NCBI GenBank assembly: GCA_035253825.1
Contig: DATFBM010000044.1
Span: 3,246-67,245, forward strand
DNA from: Acidimicrobiia bacterium
GTDB lineage: Bacteria > Actinomycetota > Acidimicrobiia > Spongiisociales > ZC4RG35
Direction of reading: 5' to 3'
DNA length: 64,000 nucleotides
Every line of letters starts with the position of its first letter. Within the stretch, counting starts at the first letter, position 1. Shown here piece after piece: positions 1 through 8,478 of the stretch. A model generated the notes under the pieces. It saw only the letters and a program-made list of their open reading frames with translations, was not told where the DNA came from and did no database searches. Position numbers and translations under genes: made by a program.

Positions 1-146
1 GACTGCTTCATGAAAAAGAGACCGATCGAGCGTCCGGCGAGGGCGCCCGCATATTCACCGGGCCTGTCCTTGACTCGCTGCGAAAGTCCGAGCAAATCGT
101 TCAATTCGGCCGGGTCGAGGTCTCCGATACGGAGCAAGCGCTTCAT
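1..146 (-). CDS. carbamoyltransferase, N-terminal 48 codons only (most likely ornithine carbamoyltransferase); gene continues past the left edge
   Basis: Not in the ORF track because no stop lies inside the window. The minus strand from ATG 146..144 reads MKRLLRIGDLDPAELNDLLGLSQRVKDRPGEYAGALAGRSIGLFFMKQS. This is the usual OTCase/ATCase N-terminus, ending just before the STRTR motif. The ATG overlaps the pheT stop (ATGA at 146..143). pyrB is elsewhere in the window, so OTCase is favoured. Confidence 0.5.
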   Translation of the reverse strand, partial: MKRLLRIGDLDPAELNDLLGLSQRVKDRPGEYAGALAGRSIGLFFMKQ

Positions 147-2545
147 GCCTTTTCTCCCCGCAGAGTGGCGCCGAGAGCTCTCGCCGCTGCCACCAGTCGC
201 TGACGAAGGTCGGCGATCTCATCGGAGGAGAAGGTGTGGTCGGGAGCCCGGAATCGGTAGGTGATTGCCAGCGCTTTCTTCCCTTTGCCGAGTGCCGTTC
301 CCCGGTACTCATCAAAGAGCTGAGCCCTCTCACACAGGTCCGATGCCACGTCCCGGGTAATGGTCAACAGCTCCTCGGCGGGCATTTCCTCCGGAACGAC
401 GAATGACAAGTCGAAATCGATCGAGGGGAACGAACTGGGTTCGACGAGCTCCCACCGCCTGACGGGGGCAAGTAACGGTGCCAGTTCAACTTCGCCGACG
501 GCGATTCTTCCCTGTAAGTCGTATGCCGCCGCCGTCAACGGATGAAGCTCACCAACGTAGCCGATCTCACGGCCCCCTAGGAGCACTCTCGCAGCTCTGC
601 CGGGGTGATAGCCGGCGGGCGCCGCGCTCTCGAGCCTCCAATCGTCAAGACCCAAACCCGTCGCCAGAATACGCCAGAGGGCCGTGGCCGTGAACAAGTC
701 GACCGGGCGCGCGCCGTTCCCCATCTCCGACGGCCCGAGATGGCCGCTAACCGCAAAGCCGAGCCGCTCGGGCTGATACGGAAGGCGATCGTCCTCCTCC
801 CATGGCATGTGGATGAAAACCCGACCGGTCTCAAAGATGCCGAGGTCCCTACTTCCTCGATTCAGGTTGTAGCGCAGCGTCCGCAGCAAACCCGGGAGAA
901 GCGACGTCCGCAAGGTGGCGAGCTCCTCGTTGAGCGGATTTGAAACCCGAACCGTGAGTCGAGCTTGATGGTCCGCTGGATAGGTGAAGGCGGCGAGATC
1001 CTCGGTTCCCGAGAAGGAAAGGTTGATCGCTTGATAGAGGCCGGCCCCGGTGAGCACTCGTCGCAGCGATTGGTGCCGGTGCTGTTCATCGTTGTAACCC
1101 CCGGCCGGCCCGGTCGGAATGCTCTCGGGGAAGCTGTCGTAGCCATAGAGACGGGCGACCTCCTCGACGAGGTCGGCGGGTCGTTCGAGATCGCGCCGGC
1201 GGGTGGGAACGGTCACCACCAACGGGTCGTCGCCCTCCACTTCGAGATCGAGACGTTCAAGCAGGCGCCTTACCTCGGGACGGGGGACCACTCCCCCAAG
1301 CAGCCTGTCTACCTCAGCCAGAGGCAACGAGACGGTGGCGGGCACGAAGGCACGGGCGACGACGTCGATCGCCTCCGATGGCGAGGTCCCGCCGGCAAGC
1401 TCCATCATCAAGCGATTGGCGCGGGCAGCGGCGAGCGGGGGAAGATTGGGGTCGACGCCCCGTTCGAACCGGGCCGAGGCCTCGGTACGAATCGCGTGGC
1501 GCTTGCTCATGTGGAGTACCGTCGGGGCATCCCAGGAGGCCGCCTCGATCACGACGTTTTTGGTCTCGGAGGTCACTTCAGAATCTCCGCCACCCATGGT
1601 TCCCGCCAGGCCGGTTGCCGTTTCGGCATCAGCTACGACGAGGTCCGCCTCGGTCAGCGCCCGGTCGACCCCATCGAGGGTGCGCAACTTCTCCCCGGCT
1701 TGCGCCCGTCTGACCACGATTTCGTTTTTCGCCAGGCGATCGAAATCGAATGCATGGAGAGGCTGACCCAGCTCCAACATGACGTAATTGGTCACATCGA
1801 CGATGTTGGAAATGGGTCGGATTCCTGCCGCCTTCAAGCGTTGGCGAATCTTGAGCGGCGAGGGCTTGACCTCGACTCCAAAAAGCTCGCGGGCGACGAA
1901 TCGGTAACAACCGTCGGTGTCGTCGACACGAACGGTGGTCCGCAGAGCCCCATCAGTGCCGACCACCTCGACCGGTGGCAGGCGGTACGGCACCCCGTAG
2001 AAGGCGGCTAACTCCCGAGCTACTCCCAGCATCGACATTTGATCGGGCCGGTTGGACGTGATCTCGAGGTCGAGCACATAGTCGGGGAGATCGACGACCT
2101 CTTCGAACGGCTTCCCGAGCTCGGTGTCGGGGTCGAGGACGAGGATGCCCTCGTGATCGGCACCAAGGCCAAGTTCGCGCTCCGAGCAGATCATCCCCCG
2201 CGACTCAATGCCGCGGATCGTTCGAGCTCCAAGCTCGAACCCCCCGGCCAGAGTGGCACCAGGAACCGCGAAGGCGACCTTGGCTCCTTCGTCGAAGTTC
2301 CAGGCGCCGCAGACCACCTCGATGGGTTCCTTTCCTGTGCTGACCAGGCACAAGCGCACCTTGTCGGCATTGGGGTGGGGCCTTATCGAATCGACGACGC
2401 CGACATAGACCCCGCTCCAGTCCGCCTCCAGTTCGGTGACGCTTTCTACCTTGAGGCCGAGGGAGTTGAGCGCCCGTTGAACTTCATTCGGATCGGGATC
2501 GGGGAGGTCGATGAACTCGGCGAGCCAGTGAAGCGAGACTCTCAT
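143..2545 (-). CDS. pheT: phenylalanine--tRNA ligase beta subunit
   Basis: From ORF 143..2746. The conserved PheT N-terminus MRVSLHWLAEFIDLPD starts at internal ATG 2545..2543, which overlaps the pheS stop (ATGA). The 67 upstream codons lie inside pheS and are R/G-rich. About 800 aa and directly downstream of pheS. Confidence 0.95.
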   Translation of the reverse strand: MRVSLHWLAEFIDLPDPDPNEVQRALNSLGLKVESVTELEADWSGVYVGVVDSIRPHPNADKVRLCLVSTGKEPIEVVCGAWNFDEGAKVAFAVPGATLAGGFELGARTIRGIESRGMICSERELGLGADHEGILVLDPDTELGKPFEEVVDLPDYVLDLEITSNRPDQMSMLGVARELAAFYGVPYRLPPVEVVGTDGALRTTVRVDDTDGCYRFVARELFGVEVKPSPLKIRQRLKAAGIRPISNIVDVTNYVMLELGQPLHAFDFDRLAKNEIVVRRAQAGEKLRTLDGVDRALTEADLVVADAETATGLAGTMGGGDSEVTSETKNVVIEAASWDAPTVLHMSKRHAIRTEASARFERGVDPNLPPLAAARANRLMMELAGGTSPSEAIDVVARAFVPATVSLPLAEVDRLLGGVVPRPEVRRLLERLDLEVEGDDPLVVTVPTRRRDLERPADLVEEVARLYGYDSFPESIPTGPAGGYNDEQHRHQSLRRVLTGAGLYQAINLSFSGTEDLAAFTYPADHQARLTVRVSNPLNEELATLRTSLLPGLLRTLRYNLNRGSRDLGIFETGRVFIHMPWEEDDRLPYQPERLGFAVSGHLGPSEMGNGARPVDLFTATALWRILATGLGLDDWRLESAAPAGYHPGRAARVLLGGREIGYVGELHPLTAAAYDLQGRIAVGEVELAPLLAPVRRWELVEPSSFPSIDFDLSFVVPEEMPAEELLTITRDVASDLCERAQLFDEYRGTALGKGKKALAITYRFRAPDHTFSSDEIADLRQRLVAAARALGATLRGEKA

Positions 2546-3579
2546 CGAAACTGCCGGAGTACGCGCAAGTCGTTGTCGATGAAGACGCGGATGTTGGAGA
2601 TCCCGTGGCGCACCATCGCCAGGCGCTCCACACCCATGCCGAATGCAAAGCCGGACAGAGTCTGGGAGTCGTGACCAGCCATGTCCAAGACGTTGGGATC
2701 GACCATTCCGCATCCGGCCATCTCCAACCAGCCACTGCCCCCACAAAGACGGCAGGATGCGGCGGTGCCGCCGCAGACAAAGCAGGAGACGTCGAGCTCT
2801 GCCGAGGGCTCAGTGAAGGGAAAGAAGCTCGGGCGCAGACGGATCCTCTGCTCGCGGCCGAAAAACTCACGGGCGAAGTGCGCCAGCGTCCCTTTCAAAT
2901 CAGAGAAAACGATTCCGGAGTCAACCGCCAGGCCCTCGATCTGATGAAACACGGGCAAATGACTGGCGTCGATGGTGTCGGATCGAAATGTTTTGCCTGG
3001 AACAACAACGTAAAGCGGCGGTTTGTGCGACTGCATATATCGCACCTGCATGGGCGAGGTGTGAGTCCGCAGAAGCACCTCGTCAGCCGGGTCGCCGAAA
3101 TCGAGATAAAGAGTGTCTGATTCAAACCGAGAAGGATGATGGGGAGGCGTGTTGAGAGCGTCGAAATTGAACCAGGCCAGCTCTGCTTCGGGTCCCTGTT
3201 CGACCCGGTATCCAAGGCCGATGAATATGTTGCAAACCTCATCGATCGTCTGCTGGACCAAGTGCTCGGTGCCTTGATTGAGCGTCCAGCGTTCGACGGT
3301 GATATCCACGGAGTCGCCTGCTAACAGCACGTTCGCTTCAGCTCGAGCGAGCTCGGCTCGTCTCTCCGAAATCAGTCGGTTGAGTTCTGCCGTGACCCGA
3401 TTCACCTCCATGCCGGCAGCCGGGCGGTCCGCGGGATCTAACTTCCCCAGTTGGCGCCGGGCCTCGCCTATGGGGCTGTTCCTGCCCAAAAGCTTGGTTT
3501 CGACTTCGTCGAGATCTGCCACGGTTTTCGCAGCCTGAATCGTCGCTTCGGAAGTAGCGAGGTGCTCGTGCAGATTCAT
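2542..3579 (-). CDS. pheS: phenylalanine--tRNA ligase alpha subunit
   Basis: 345 aa with class II aaRS motifs (FRSDTIDASHLPVFHQIEG, GFAFGMGVERLAMV) and an N-terminal helical arm. Immediately followed by pheT. Confidence 0.95.
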   Translation of the reverse strand: MNLHEHLATSEATIQAAKTVADLDEVETKLLGRNSPIGEARRQLGKLDPADRPAAGMEVNRVTAELNRLISERRAELARAEANVLLAGDSVDITVERWTLNQGTEHLVQQTIDEVCNIFIGLGYRVEQGPEAELAWFNFDALNTPPHHPSRFESDTLYLDFGDPADEVLLRTHTSPMQVRYMQSHKPPLYVVVPGKTFRSDTIDASHLPVFHQIEGLAVDSGIVFSDLKGTLAHFAREFFGREQRIRLRPSFFPFTEPSAELDVSCFVCGGTAASCRLCGGSGWLEMAGCGMVDPNVLDMAGHDSQTLSGFAFGMGVERLAMVRHGISNIRVFIDNDLRVLRQFR

Positions 3580-3619
3580 GGGCGAGGAAGGTTACCGAAC
3601 GATCACTTTGCCCAATAAC

Positions 3620-3654
3620 GAAATAGACCAGCCCCATCCAGGCTGGTCTATTTC
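3620..3654 (-). terminator. intrinsic terminator hairpin (potentially bidirectional) after the small secreted-protein gene
   Basis: Perfect 14-bp inverted repeat GAAATAGACCAGCC / GGCTGGTCTATTTC with a 7-nt loop, 20 nt after the stop at 3674. On the minus strand the 3' arm ends in TATTTC and is followed by GTTATT. Confidence 0.7.
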
Positions 3655-3673
3655 TAGATGGTTCGAGCTTGAT

Positions 3674-4048
3674 CTATGGCTTGGGGAACACCGGATGGCT
3701 CTTGGTTCGGTTCGGCTGCGGCGGGAACCCGAAATCCGGCGCGTGGTTGGGGTTGCATGCCATTCCCGGGTTGAACTCGTGAGGATCGCCGAATCCCAGC
3801 CTCACGTCCTGTCCATATGACTGTGATTGGCCGCCGGGGCCGTTGGGGATGAGGTCCGGGTTGACGTTGGGGTCGGTCGATGCCCCTGGATCGTCATTGA
3901 GTCCTGAAAAGGAGCACCACGACACGCCCTGGTTTTGTTCGACGTTCGCGCCACTACCGGTTACCTCACCGGCGAGCGCGGTGCTGGCGAACAAAGCCAG
4001 AAAGACCACCGTACAGATCGCGACCGCGAGCAATCTCTTTTTGCCCAC
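3674..4048 (-). CDS. small secreted protein of unknown function (124 aa)
   Basis: GTG start with GGGAGG 6 nt upstream. Sec-type signal peptide MGKKRLLAVAICTVVFLALFASTALA/GE. The mature part is about 98 aa, G/P/N/D-rich, with two Cys, and the gene has its own strong terminator. I recognise no family. Confidence 0.7.
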   Translation of the reverse strand: MGKKRLLAVAICTVVFLALFASTALAGEVTGSGANVEQNQGVSWCSFSGLNDDPGASTDPNVNPDLIPNGPGGQSQSYGQDVRLGFGDPHEFNPGMACNPNHAPDFGFPPQPNRTKSHPVFPKP

Positions 4049-4156
4049 TCCTGCCTCCCTTGTCGGAACGCCTGACTGGCGTTCAAGCCAGGGGAGCCTA
4101 TGGGCCCACAGCCTCAGGCGTCAAAAGCGAACGAAAAACCGTTCCGTTGTAGCTAG

Positions 4157-5263
4157 TCATCCTTTGCTGGGGTTGAGCGCTTGGACCTGGGTCTCTCGCG
4201 ATTCAGCAGACTTGCTGATCGCCATCGCCACGTGCCGGGCATCTCGATCGATTCCATTGATCTGCGAAGAGCTGAGTGAATAGAGAAAGTCGAGTCCGAC
4301 GAAATAGAGGCCGGGCGCCTCAGGAACTATTCCCCGCCGGTGTCTCGGCTCGCGCTCCTCGAAGATGGGCAGATCGATGTACGAAAAATCAGGCCGAAAT
4401 CCGGTGCACCAAACAACGTTGGCAACATCGAGCACCTCTCCGGTTTCCAAGAGCGGCAGACCATCTCTGGCTCCGATGGTGCGAGCGACCCTGGCCACTC
4501 CGGCAGTTGCCAGGTGCTTGGCCTTCGTTCTCATCAGCGGTGCTCCGTGACCAAGAATCTTTGGCCGGGCCTTGCGCCCGATAGGGGTGCTCGTAGTCAA
4601 CACCCGATGAAGAACCTGGCGAGCAAGTGGCATGACGGTGGCAGCACTGACTCGATTGATTGGAAACGGCATTTGCCCCGGATGCTCCCCCGAAAGCCAG
4701 GTCTTTCGAGTGGCGACCGCATCCATCGCGACCTCCGCTCCGGAGTTCCCTGCCCCGACCACCAGAACCTCACCAGGTCGAAACTGGCGGGGATTGCGGT
4801 AATGGAGGGAGTGGAGCTGGAGAATCCCCGGATGCAACTCGGTCGCATAAACCGGAATCCGTGGGATCTGGTTCCCCATGGCTACCACTACGTGGTTTGC
4901 CTCGAACTCCTTCGACCCTGCGCTGACTGCAAATCGGCCGCGATTCATCTTGATTTGATCGACCCGCGTGTCGCTTCGGACCGGAAGATCGAAATGCTTG
5001 GCGTAGGACTCGAGGTAGTCCGCCATCTCGTCTTTGGTGGGGAAGTAGGTGAAACCGGTAGGAAAACGCATTCCCGGAAGCCTGTCGTAGCGCGCCGGCG
5101 TGAAGAGCCGGAGTGAGTCCCATCGCTGGCGCCAGGCGTCGCCGACCCTGGTGGTGGCATCGAGGATCACGAAGGGAATACCCAATCTCTGCAGGTGGTA
5201 TCCCGTAGCCAGGCCCGCCTGGCCACCGCCCACGACGACGGTGTCGATTCTTTCGGGGGTCAT
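4157..5263 (-). CDS. FAD/NAD(P)-binding oxidoreductase, flavin-containing monooxygenase-like
   Basis: Two dinucleotide-binding motifs: VVVGGGQAGL near the N-terminus and VLVVGAGNSGAEVA mid-protein. Start placed at ATG 5263 (GGGAG 8 nt upstream). The longer ORF to 5368 adds 35 non-conserved residues. Confidence 0.8.
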   Translation of the reverse strand: MTPERIDTVVVGGGQAGLATGYHLQRLGIPFVILDATTRVGDAWRQRWDSLRLFTPARYDRLPGMRFPTGFTYFPTKDEMADYLESYAKHFDLPVRSDTRVDQIKMNRGRFAVSAGSKEFEANHVVVAMGNQIPRIPVYATELHPGILQLHSLHYRNPRQFRPGEVLVVGAGNSGAEVAMDAVATRKTWLSGEHPGQMPFPINRVSAATVMPLARQVLHRVLTTSTPIGRKARPKILGHGAPLMRTKAKHLATAGVARVARTIGARDGLPLLETGEVLDVANVVWCTGFRPDFSYIDLPIFEEREPRHRRGIVPEAPGLYFVGLDFLYSLSSSQINGIDRDARHVAMAISKSAESRETQVQALNPSKG

Positions 5264-5389
5264 ATCGGAGTCTCCCTTCGCGTCTTTGGACTGCCGGGGT
5301 CCATGAGGGCAACATATGGGAACCGGCCCCGCTTGACTTCGGCGAGACGCACCAATTAGCGAAGCCAAGAAATGGTTAGTTTTGACCAG

Positions 5390-7012
5390 TCAGGCAAGGT
5401 CATTCCGGAGCGCGTACGCGGTAGCGGCGGCCCGGGAAGAAACCCTCAGCTTGGAGAAGATGTTGCTGACATGGCGGTTGACGGTCCTCACCGATAGGTA
5501 GAGCTGATCGGCAATCGCCTGATTGGTCATTCCGGTCGCCAGAAGGCGTATCACTTCGACCTCCCGTGGAGTCAAGCCATGAGATCGGGAACCTGTTTTC
5601 AGGGGCATCCGACGCAGATCGGGGGTGGCGCCCAGACCAGTGAAGGTTCCGGTGGCCGCGGATAGGTTCATCGCCGCGGCGTCGTCATCGCCCACTCGGG
5701 CGTAGGCATTTGCTAGCAAGACCTTCACCCGAGCTTGCTCGTAGGGAGCACCCAGTTCACCCCAGAGTTTCGTCGCCTGGCCCAAAGGAGCGAGGCTTTC
5801 GGTAAATCGCTCCTCAGAAAGCAGGACCCACCCCCGCGACTGCTCGGCCGTCGCCTCCAACCCCGGCGTAGGTATGGCGAGCGCGAGCGCGTGTAGCTCC
5901 TCTGCGGCGCTGCGGGCAGAAGTGAGGTCGCCTGCTTCGATCATGATCTCGACCGCGGCCGGCAGGAGCCGGGCTCGATGAACCGGGTCCATCACTTCCA
6001 ACAGAATTCGACGAATTGATGCCGCCGCCTTCTCGACCCTCCCCTGGCCTAGTCTGAGGAGGGAAAGGCCGGGCTGGGGCTCCACACCCCATGAGGACGC
6101 TGCCTGGTAGCCGGCCTCGGCGGATTCGTACTCACCGCGCAATCGTTGAATCTCCGCTTCCTGGTAGATGGCCAAACCTGTCATGTAACGGTCGGCGGCT
6201 AACTCCGCCTTTTCGCGGCCAAGACGAGCTTCCTCTTCGGCCGCCTTCCAGTCACCACGTAACTGGGCGATCGCCGCTCGACGCACCCGGCATTCACCGG
6301 TAAACGCGACCATGCCCTGCTGCCGGTCGCACCATCGAGTCAGCGCTTCGGTCCACTCCTCGGCTCTTTTCAGTTCGGAAATGTCGAAACAGGCCGAGAT
6401 CAAGGAGCAGTAGACGATGCCCGCCACCAGGGCGGAGACGCCTCCGCTGAGGACCGTGACCATTGCTTCGTCGAGCAACCCCAGGCCTTCTTTGGTCTCC
6501 CCGGCGAGCAACTGACAGCGCCCCTGCACATTTAAAGCCAGGGCGAAAAGGTTGGCGTCGCTAAAGCGCCGGGCGAGTTCGGCGACGGTTCTCGCCTTTT
6601 CGTATCCGCCCTGGAAGTCGTGTTCGAACACCACCTGTCGGAAGGCGACTGGAACCAACATATAGGCCCGCTCGATGGTTCCCTCGTCCAAGCCCTCGAC
6701 CAGCCGTTGGCCTCTCGCAAGCCATCCCCCTCCCTGGGCGAAGTCACCGCGGTTCACGTTGTGAAGGACAAGCCAGAAGGCCTGGCGAATGGCCTGGGCA
6801 AGATCACCCGCATCCAGGTATCGCTGATGAGCGCGCTGATAGAGCTCGAGGGCTTCGTCGGTCTTGCCGACGAAAAAAGCAGTATCAGCGAAGAGCGGGA
6901 TGTCAGCGAGGTCAAGTGAATGATCGGTGGCATCAGCGGCCGAGAAATACTCATAGGCTCGAGCCCAATCGCCCCGGTCGGCGGCGGCCCTCGCCTCCTC
7001 CAGTCGATCCAT
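5390..7012 (-). CDS. LuxR-family transcriptional regulator with long TPR/MalT-like helical-repeat N-terminal region (no ATPase domain seen)
   Basis: C-terminal LuxR HTH: LTPREVEVIRLLATGMTNQAIADQLYLSVRTVNRHVSNIFSKLRV. The preceding ~470 aa are alpha-helical repeats. Start placed at ATG 7012 (AAGGGG 8 nt upstream). The ORF extension to 7216 overlaps the trmH-family gene. Confidence 0.85.
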   Translation of the reverse strand: MDRLEEARAAADRGDWARAYEYFSAADATDHSLDLADIPLFADTAFFVGKTDEALELYQRAHQRYLDAGDLAQAIRQAFWLVLHNVNRGDFAQGGGWLARGQRLVEGLDEGTIERAYMLVPVAFRQVVFEHDFQGGYEKARTVAELARRFSDANLFALALNVQGRCQLLAGETKEGLGLLDEAMVTVLSGGVSALVAGIVYCSLISACFDISELKRAEEWTEALTRWCDRQQGMVAFTGECRVRRAAIAQLRGDWKAAEEEARLGREKAELAADRYMTGLAIYQEAEIQRLRGEYESAEAGYQAASSWGVEPQPGLSLLRLGQGRVEKAAASIRRILLEVMDPVHRARLLPAAVEIMIEAGDLTSARSAAEELHALALAIPTPGLEATAEQSRGWVLLSEERFTESLAPLGQATKLWGELGAPYEQARVKVLLANAYARVGDDDAAAMNLSAATGTFTGLGATPDLRRMPLKTGSRSHGLTPREVEVIRLLATGMTNQAIADQLYLSVRTVNRHVSNIFSKLRVSSRAAATAYALRNDLA

Positions 7013-7052
7013 TGTCAAAACCCCTTGAAATCGAGGGCATTCCGACCAGGAC

Positions 7053-7787
7053 TCACGACGAGAGCTCGGTGTGACCGCGAGGACCAGCTTTTCGCCTCGC
7101 CACTTCGTAACAGAGGATGGCGGCCGCCGCGGCCGCGTTGAGGCTCTCTGTTCCTCCCGGCATTGGTATCGACACGGCTGAGTCGGCAACCGTGAGGGCT
7201 TCGTCAGGAAGGCCATGGGCTTCGTTGCCGATGAAGATCGCTAGTCGACCCAGAGGAAGTGAGCCCGGTTCGGCGCCCCCACTCGAGACCGTGGCAATCG
7301 TGGTGGCTCCTATTTCAAAGGGGTTCTCGATCGAGACCACGGCGGTATGAAAGTGGGCCCCGGCCGCGGAGCGCAGGGTCTTGGGCGACCAGGGATCAGC
7401 GCCCCTCACAACCCCGACATCCATTTCGAAGGCCGCCGCGGTGCGAATCATGGTTCCGAGATTGCCAGGGTCCGATATTTCCCAGGCCACGAGCACACTC
7501 CGCTCTACCCGGAGCCGATGTCGTGGGATCGCAATCACCGCTACCGGGCTCTGCGGGGCTCGGGTAGAGGAAAGCCTTTCGAGGGCCGCTTCGCTTATCC
7601 GGACTGCATCGGGATGGGAGTCGTCGAGCGAAAACAGCTCGACAAATGCGATCCCTGCCCGCTTGGCCTCTTCGACCAGTTTGGGGCCTTCGAGCAAGGT
7701 GAGGCCGGTTGCCTCGCGCTCGGACGATCGATGCAGCCGAGCGGCCGCCTGGATTCGGGGATTGCGCGCCGAGAGACCCGCCTCCAC
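7053..7787 (-). CDS. TrmH/SpoU-family RNA 2'-O-methyltransferase
   Basis: 244 aa with SpoU motifs (ISDPGNLGTMIRTAAAF, IFIGNEAHGLP, IPMPGGTESLNAAAAAAI). GTG start with AAGAGG upstream. It occupies the position after rplT that the tsnR-like gene holds in other actinobacteria. Confidence 0.85.
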   Translation of the reverse strand: MEAGLSARNPRIQAAARLHRSSEREATGLTLLEGPKLVEEAKRAGIAFVELFSLDDSHPDAVRISEAALERLSSTRAPQSPVAVIAIPRHRLRVERSVLVAWEISDPGNLGTMIRTAAAFEMDVGVVRGADPWSPKTLRSAAGAHFHTAVVSIENPFEIGATTIATVSSGGAEPGSLPLGRLAIFIGNEAHGLPDEALTVADSAVSIPMPGGTESLNAAAAAAILCYEVARRKAGPRGHTELSS

Positions 7788-7800
7788 GCTGCCTCTTTAG

Positions 7801-7915
7801 CCCGAAATTTGGTAGCTCACGATCGGTTTTGGGCAAATTCGGTTGCTGACGAACGAGTACCGATCGTAGGTGACCAAATTTGGGGAGAACCGGTCGTCAG
7901 TGACCAAATATCCCG
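7801..7915. repeat. four-copy repeat array with palindromic CCAAATTTGG-type core, arranged as two direct copies facing two inverted copies
   Basis: A 7801..7820 is cccgaaatttggtagctcac and B 7831..7850 is gggcaaattcggttgctgac. In the opposite orientation, C 7870..7885 is gtgaccaaatttgggg and D 7900..7915 is gtgaccaaatatcccg. A to B and C to D are each exactly 30 nt apart. This is the AT-richest stretch of an otherwise GC-rich spacer between rplT and the trmH-family gene. Confidence 0.75.
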
Positions 7916-7924
7916 TACCCAAGC

Positions 7925-8275
7925 TCAATCAGGCTTGGCGAGCTCGACCAGCGCCGCAAACGACTGGGGGTCGTTGACCGCCATCTCGGCCAGCATCTTG
8001 CGATCGAGGTCGACCTCCCGAGCCTTGAGCCCGGCCATGAAGGTCGAATAGCTCATCCCGTGTTCACGGGCAGCAGCGTTGATCCGGGTGATCCAGAGCC
8101 GGCGAAACTGGCCTTTCCGATCGCGTCGATCCTTGTAGGCGTCAGCCATCGCGTGCATGACCTGCTCGTTGGCCGTTCGAAACCGCCTGCTCCGCGAGCC
8201 CTTGTAGCCCTTGGCCCGGTCGAGAACTTTCTTATGGGACTTCTTGGCGTGAACCGCCCGTTTGACTCGTGCCAT
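7925..8275 (-). CDS. rplT: 50S ribosomal protein L20
   Basis: 116 aa starting [39 protein letters not shown], the canonical L20 sequence. Follows rpmI. Confidence 0.97.
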   Translation of the reverse strand: MARVKRAVHAKKSHKKVLDRAKGYKGSRSRRFRTANEQVMHAMADAYKDRRDRKGQFRRLWITRINAAAREHGMSYSTFMAGLKAREVDLDRKMLAEMAVNDPQSFAALVELAKPD

Positions 8276-8278
8276 GAA

Positions 8279-8473
8279 TCACATCCCCAAGAGCTTCTTG
8301 GCGCTCTTGGCATCGCCCGGAGCCAGTTCGACTTCGCCCGAACGGCGACGAAAGGTGTCCTTGCCCTTAGCGAGCTTGTAGTGGTTCTTGCCTGATTGGC
8401 GACGCAAGAGCCGACCGGTTCCGGTCACCTTGATGCGCTTCTTGGCGCCGCTGTGGGTCTTCATTTTGGGCAC
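8279..8473 (-). CDS. rpmI: 50S ribosomal protein L35
   Basis: 64 aa starting MPKMKTHSGAKKRIKVTGTGRLLRRQSGKNH, the canonical L35 sequence. Lies between infC and rplT. Confidence 0.97.
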   Translation of the reverse strand: MPKMKTHSGAKKRIKVTGTGRLLRRQSGKNHYKLAKGKDTFRRRSGEVELAPGDAKSAKKLLGM

Positions 8474-8478
8474 GGTCT

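Noticed and set aside
965-2011. Long ORFs antisense to, or out of frame with, recognised genes. Examples: 965..2011+, 2039..2674+, 7347..8051+, 21041..22150-, 21520..22452+, 25321..26136-, 33195..33920+, 37306..38040+, 39436..40329+, 44356..45273+, 46779..48053+, 54620..55267+, 60324..61001+.
   Set aside because: High GC content suppresses stop codons in non-coding frames. Their translations are Arg/Gly/Pro/Ala-rich low-complexity strings with no family motifs. Each is fully covered by a gene with clear conserved motifs on the other strand or in another frame.
2546-2746. N-terminal extensions of track ORFs into upstream genes: pheT to 2746, FAD enzyme to 5368, LuxR to 7216, ribH to 10207, metK to 18796, coaBC to 19959, MFS to 22440, pyrR to 35217, alaS to 55309.
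   Set aside because: In each case the conserved family N-terminus begins at an internal start that abuts or overlaps the upstream stop. The extension is non-conserved and overlaps a real gene.
4066-4084. Perfect 7-bp hairpin GAACGCC-tgact-GGCGTTC 6 nt upstream of the SD of the small secreted-protein gene, and a weaker GAACG/CGTTC hairpin followed by GCTTTTG at about 4126..4146.
   Set aside because: The first has no U-tract and the second has only 5 bp. They could be a 5'-UTR stabiliser and a weak terminator of the flavoprotein gene, but neither role can be supported from sequence alone.
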